Source of the DNA: Catajapyx aquilonaris | Taxonomy: Eukaryota | Assembly (NCBI GenBank): GCA_000934665.2 | Contig: KZ538309.1 | Span: forward strand, 1 to 64,000 | Length of the DNA: 64,000 nucleotides | Reading direction: 5' to 3' | Part shown: positions 57,744 through 64,000 of the stretch, piece by piece | Position numbering within the stretch: the stretch's first letter is position 1 | Layout of the letters: each line of letters starts with the position of its first letter | Translations under genes and position numbers: made by a program | Notes under the pieces: generated by a model | Databases searched by the model: none | Seen by the model: only the letters and a program-made list of their open reading frames with translations | What the model was told of the DNA's origin: nothing

Positions 57744-60700
57744 ATGGATTACTATTACATATACAACTGCCTACTGCTGATCGTAGGAACAGGTAATAAT
57801 CTTTTGACTGACATTCTGCTTAATCTACTTTTACTGCTATTTGCGCTTCGTTAAATATTTTAAAATATTTTAAAAAATAGTACAGAACTAATGGTGATTG
57901 CTTGAAGGTCTGATGCATCCTGGTTCAGTGACGTCGCAGTACCCGGAGGACACGAATTGGTCATGTTACGTCGTGAAAAAAGGCCACTTTGTGACCATCC
58001 CAGCGGTCAATAAACACGACTATCCCAATGAATATATATTAATTGGAAGTGCCTTCGCCAGATGTGTTAACTTATGTAAGCGTCGGTTTAGTTTGAATTT
58101 ATTGGCAACTTACGTTTGACTTTTACAGTGGGTATATGGAATGGTGGTTGGAATCCAGGTGTATGCGACGCTTCCCTTATAGACATTGACCTGAGATATG
58201 ATCCAAGCGTAACATGGGATATTACATATCTGTAAGGACATATGTTTACTTCCTATATGGAGAGTGTCCTACATCTGCGTCCATTTCAGTTGCCAGGGGC
58301 GGAAAAAATGCAATATAAGCACCAGCAGCATTAGTATTCCTATTACATGCCACGATTATGAAGAGTTATTGATGGCGGTTTTCTACAGGATGTCACCAAA
58401 TGTAAATACATGCAATCAAGGCGGTTACTACATGGAGGAGTATCAGTTGTGCATCTACCAGACGAAAGAGTTAAATGCATGGGAAGCAGAAGAACAATGC
58501 AGAGTAGGTGGAGGGCGATTGATATCCATGGTGGTAGGAAGTGAGTGGAGAAATTTTAGTGTGTATTTGTGGAACAACTTGGTTTGCCCATCAGGGAAGT
58601 GCTCTTTTTGGGTGAGAGGTACAGGCTTGACTCCACGAACGCCACTGGACGAATTCACATGGTGTCCAGAATTATCAGTGGTTGTTACTTATGAATCGGA
58701 TCCACAAAGTTATGATTGGAATGTTGCATACGCACATCTTGATGAGACACTACAGCAAGGACTTTGCGCCTTTCCTCCCCAATGCTACAAATCAGATTGT
58801 GGAAACCCACCTCCTACGACCATTCCTACAACATCAACAACAATCACTCCTTCCACAACTACTTCTGCAGTACCAACAAAAACAACACATTCGACAACTT
58901 ACAGGTCAACAAGTAGTACAGGTTCATCACCATCACGCACCACATCTACTTCAGCAAGTCCGGAATCCACTACCGGTACTGCAACAACTACAATGTCAAC
59001 GTCTACCAGCACAACAGAGCTGACAACAACAATAGGTACGTACTACATGCCAAGTTATTTCTCTGAACTTTTTTGATTTGAGAACTTCAACCTCTCAAAG
59101 GAACGAGTAGCAGTGCTGGAACAACAACAACTACACCCATCTCGACCAAGAAGTGTCCAGCATGCTCTGCTAGTGGCATGGCATGGCCAGAGTCAAAACC
59201 AGGATTAGTCCAACTCAGATGCATAAATAATGCTGTAGGATTAGCCAAGTGGTACTGCCAACCCAATGGAAAGTGGCAAGGACAATTTCCAGACTTGAGG
59301 TAAAATGCTCCAACAAATTATTGGTGACATTCAATACACAATAATGAAACATATATTGCATTGCAGCAACTGTGAGGCTTTCAAAGACATATGGGACACA
59401 GGGTTTAAAGAGCTGGACAATTTGCAGCCTGCCAGGGTGGTGCTGGAAACCATCTTGAGCAAGATACGTGCCCGAAAAGCCACATTTCACGCAGGAGATG
59501 TGCATAATGCTGTGGAAGTGTTGAGCAGTTCTGTGTCTTTGCAGAAGAATCAAACTGCTGAGTGTCTCGCGAATTCGTCTGCTCCCAACTGTAGGCAGCA
59601 TGTGCATGATTATGCTTCGTCAGCTGTGACGTTAGCAAGCGAGGCACTATTTGACCCGTATTGTTGGCTGTCAAATCCTGATTTTGAAGAGATTGCTTCC
59701 AACTTGTTTGAAACTATTGAACAAATAGGATCTCAGGCTACAAAACTGTTAATTGCGGACAAGTTTACATCGGAATGGATAAGTAATATTGGAGATTTGT
59801 TACTTGTACGGATTCAAATTGATGTCAATTACATTTTACAGATATGGAATCTGTTACATCCGTTACATCACAGAAATACATCACGGATGATTTTCATTAC
59901 ACTTATGCTGACGGATCTGCCATATATCTTCCTGACGAAGCAAAGAAGGATGGGAACATCAACGGAACATGGATGGCCAGTGTGGTATTATTCAACAACA
60001 TGCATAGTATTCTGGGAAACAACATGCGATAGTAAGTTTAAAAGAAGTAATATGGCAATTTAATGTCTTAATATCTGAAATATTTTAGCAACATGAGTTT
60101 TCCATCTGGAGAAGGAAACATAAGCAGCATTGTGAATTGCAAAGTGGTAGGAAGTACCATAGGAAATCACACGGATGGAATTACCTTCAGCAAAGGAAAG
60201 GTCATCTTACATCTTAACCACATACTAACAGGAGACAGATACGACATAAGCAACGCAACCTGTGTCTTCTGGGACACAGGCAGCCACAAGTGGAGCACCA
60301 GTGGTTGTCGGTTGGTGAACACATCTGATGTGTACTCCATCTGTGAATGTGATCACCTGACAAACTTGGCGCTACTGGTAGATTACGGCGGATTTACTGA
60401 AAAAGATGAGGTACAGCATGTCACAAAGGTATTCTGGCACTACGCAACCATCAGCACTCTTCCTACTAACAGTGCTGATAGTTTCATATGTCCAGAATGT
60501 CCTAAACTTAATTTTTTACTCTTTACTAATCAGTTGAACTGATGATAATTCCATTAATTCCAAGCCTACGCAAATACTGATATCATACGTCACAATATTT
60601 GGATGCTGCGTGTCTGCCGTTTGTCTTCTGTGTGCTCTCGGGATATTCTTCGCCGTCAGAAGTTTGGAGAGTCTCCGTGTGTTCATCCATGGACACTTGT

Positions 60701-61780
60701 GCTTCTCTTTGCTTGTGGCTCAAGTCACTCTTCTGGCTGGGTTGGACGCGACAGGAACTGGGCTCACTTGTAAAGTAGCAGCTCTGATGATTCACTTCTT
60801 CTTCCTGGTTGCCTTCGGTTGGATGCTGGTCGAAGGATATCAAATTTATCTGATGCTGGTCGTGGTATGTCCGCTATAAATCATGCTGATTTGAGATTTA
60901 CACCAGCTTTACACAATGGTTGTAACCTCCAGGTGTTTTTGAGAAAACCGTCGTCCAAGAGCATGATGCTACTGGTTGGATATGGAGGTCCTGCCATTAT
61001 TGTCTCAATTTCTGTAGTCATGAGATGGGATGGATATGGAACTGAGAAACAGTAAGTGCCAAAACTTCTTGGGCAAATAGGACATTTTTACATATCCGTT
61101 TCTTACATAGCTGCTGGCTCAGCAGAGACAAAGGCTTAATATGGGCATTTTTGGGTCCTGTCGCAGCTGTGCTTCTGGTAAGCTGTATAACTCCATCATA
61201 GTTGTACCATATTGAATTTTGTTATGCTTTGTAGTTCAACATGTCGGTCCTTGTAATTGCCTTGAGAAAAGCACGTATGGCTGTGAAGTCTTTGCCTGGA
61301 AGATCAAGCAGAAGTTCTCGTGAATCCAGGGCTTGGATGAAAGGATGTGCGTCACTTTCGGTCATTTTGGGCCTCACCTGGGCCATTGGGTTTTTGATGT
61401 TTGATGATGGTAAGTATCTCATTATTTTATCCATATTGTGAATTTAATAACTAACTCTTTCAGAGCCACCATGGCTAATAGAAATGCTGGAACTTGCATT
61501 TTCGGTGCTTAATTCCCTCCAAGGAGTCTTCATCCTCTTGTTCCATTGCATCCTAAAGGCTGATGTGAGACAGGCTTTAGGCAGAAAACTTCAGTGGAAC
61601 TCATACTGGCATTCCGTAAGTACGCACGTCTTGCTCATGTAATTTAAACCAATAAAATGCGTTCCACTTTTTCAGAGAAGTACAGTTGGAGTGTCGGTAC
61701 CCACGACACAGAGCAAATCCTTGTCAGATCCTGACAAGCTCTTTCACATCAGGCCGAAGTCTAATATGATCAAAACTTGA
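57744..61780 (+). CDS. Latrophilin-like adhesion GPCR (SUEL-like, C-type-lectin-like, Thr stalk, HormR, GAIN/GPS, 7TM)
   Basis: 14 phase-consistent exons: 57744-57792, 57908-58075, 58129-58231, 58290-59035, 59101-59299, 59367-59782, 59842-60031, 60089-60410, 60565-60864, 60933-61051, 61111-61177, 61235-61409, 61464-61615, 61676-61780. GPS motif CVFWDTGSHKWSTSGCRL...CECDHLTNLALLV and secretin-family TM motifs HFFFLVAFGWMLVEG, GYGGP, CWLS, LGLTW, NSLQGVFI. Confidence 0.92.
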
Positions 61781-62272
61781 TCGAGTTCATGACCTCATTT
61801 GTTTTGTTCACACTTTCCTTATTAAATGTCACGCACTGCGGCCTTTGTATACCATGCGTTATCTGTGGCACTGTCTCTCACATTTTTCTCAAGTTAATGA
61901 CTTCACGTTAGGCAAATTACTGAGAATAAGGTTATGGATCAGTGTTTGCATAGTAAATTGCGTAACCCCACATCACTCTTTTCTTCATTCAAGTCGTTCC
62001 TATATTAGATACTGTAACACAATTAATATACACAATTCATTATACACAATAATTATAAAATATTAAAAAAAAACACAATAATTATAAAATAATATTGTTC
62101 ATGATGTGGAAATATTGTTTGCAAGTACAATCCACCAACATGCCTCTGACGTTACAGCGGTTGCACCCAGTTCAAAATTTCCCCACCAATTTCTACCAGG
62201 CCGTAATCGCCTGAATGCACACACCAGATATATTTGTAAGCAAGCCTCCAAGCATTTTGAAACCGATATAGG

Positions 62273-62309
62273 TATAAAAGTAGCTGACGCCCTAGGCTTG
62301 ATATCAGTT
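62273..62309 (+). promoter_or_regulatory. TATA box + arthropod initiator
   Basis: TATAAAA at 62273 and TCAGTT at 62304, with canonical spacing. Confidence 0.75.
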
Positions 62310-62368
62310 CACTTCAGAGCAATAAGTACGGTATAGCAGCAACATTCACTTTAATCCAAGTCAGCACC

Positions 62369-62765
62369 ATGGAATCCAAGGTAAGTCATTTCAGCCATTT
62401 AACTATGGTTTGCAATGATGAGTGATCAATGTTCTTAGTTACATATTTGGCATGTTCTTGTACAGATACTGCTGGTCCTCGTTGTGCTGGGAGTGGTGGC
62501 GTGTGTGTCAGGAGGAGGCCACACCAACTACAAGTACGGGTTTTCCACAAAGGGCAAGTACGGGGCAGCCCAGGTGGAGGCTGGTGCAGATGACCACAAG
62601 TGGGGTTTCTCAGTCAACAACCACCACAAGGATGGGGTCAGCTACATCAAGCAGAGTGGGGACAACACTCACCACGGAGGATTCGGAGGTGGAGTGGGTG
62701 GGGGTGCTGGAGGTGCTGGAGGAATCGGGGGAGGGTTCGGAGGGGGATTTGGAGGGGGATTTTAA
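62369..62765 (+). CDS. Small secreted Gly/His-rich protein (cuticle-like or antimicrobial-like)
   Basis: Exon 62369-62380 (MESK, gtaagt donor) and exon 62466-62765 (ILLVLVVLGVVACVSG signal peptide, then YKYGF...KWGF, then a GGFGGG-rich tail). TATA/Inr upstream and AATAAA at about 62812. Confidence 0.85.
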
Positions 62766-64000
62766 ATGAGTTTATGTACAATAATTACTTATTCCATTGA
62801 TCATGGTTTAAAATAAAGACATCAGTTGTACAATCAATGCCATGTGTTTGTTGATTGAACTTAGACAATAAATGCGAGCAATTTAAGATTTAGGCACAGA
62901 AATATTTTTTGAATATTCGCTAGGCTACCTTTTGGCTAGTGCACATTTGTGTGATGTTAAGAGGTCCTTATTCTGAATTACAAAATGACTCGAGATCAAT
63001 TTTATTGCTGATCTCCCAATATCCGAAGTGACTGAATTCGAAGTTTGCAACATTACATGTTAATTAAATAATTACTACTGGCACTGATTGGACCTGGCAG
63101 TAGTGATCCTCGTTGGTGTAGATGAAGGCAAACTTTCTCGAGATTCCTTCCTCTGGAGCCATATTCATTATATCCATTATATCATTATATGACCAGTCAC
63201 TAGTGGATCCATCATAATGGTCATTCAAGATGACCAGGTGAATGTACCTGGCCATCACTGGCAACCCCATAATGGGAACATGCCGTGATTGTGATTGTAT
63301 TGTATTGTAATATTTATTATTTAATATTTTATTCGCCTTGGAAAACATGGGTCACACCATACAAGACAGGGCACTGTTCTCAAATACCTTGTCCGATTGC
63401 TGCGGCTGTTGTTGGCATTATGCTACTAAATTTAAGCAGCTGCTATCAAAAGTAATAGCTACTAATATTAGGATGTGTGGACCCATCTGGTATCTGAAGT
63501 GCTGCAGAATATCCTGGCAGGTATATGTCACCATTTGCACAAGCCGGATAATTTTAATATTTATATAGGGTTTATTGGGAAAAGCAAAAAAATACAATAG
63601 TATATGTCATTACATCTGTGAACAATACACAGCATTACAAGGGCAGAAAAATGCAATTTTTTTGTTTTATTTACTTACTCTGATTTGGTGGTGTGGGGAT
63701 GAAACCTAATTTAAGGAAAAGAAATTACTACATACCAGTAAACATTTTTTTTAAACCTGGAAAACATGTTTTACCTCATTTTGAATTCATTACTGATTTG
63801 TGATCAACTGTTTTAAAACAATTCCTTCAGCGGTTACATAATTTCAATCCGAAATCTTAATAGACCATATAATAAACTATGCCTCGGTTATTTATGACCT
63901 AAATGTGACTCTCCCCATTCTAAAATTCATGTCTTGTCATGGAAAGCTGATAAATCTCATCCTGGATAATGTGGTTATCAAAATACAAAAAAAAGAGAAG

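Noticed and set aside
63064..63568. Possible terminal exon(s) of a minus-strand gene
   Set aside because: A poly(A) signal exists at about 63001, but I found no convincing splice acceptor or recognisable protein motif.

Overview
Eukaryotic, gene-dense window from an invertebrate, most likely a non-dipteran arthropod. It has many short (about 60-120 nt) introns and no prokaryotic features. Left to right: the 5' two-thirds of a CaMKI gene (minus, large introns, one SINE); a tRNA-Val(AAC) between the head-to-head CaMKI and Ubc13/UBE2N genes; Ubc13 (mariner-derived foldback element in intron 1); 5-aminolevulinate synthase (ALAS); a near-perfect 184-bp palindromic MITE; an LRRN-like LRR-Ig-FN3 receptor (one GC-AG intron); RPF1; SLC35B4 (one U12-type intron); and CCDC51. 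The right end (49-63 kb) is divergent and encodes mostly secreted or surface proteins: a DUOX-maturation-factor-like protein with a long Pro/Ser repeat tail, a spaetzle-6-like cystine-knot ligand, a Tyr-rich (YGYEKPS/YGYEQS)n secreted repeat protein, a latrophilin-like adhesion GPCR with SUEL-like and C-type-lectin-like domains, and a small Gly/His-rich secreted protein. Exon structures were assembled by hand from splice signals and reading frame. Gene names come from recalled motifs, not database searches.
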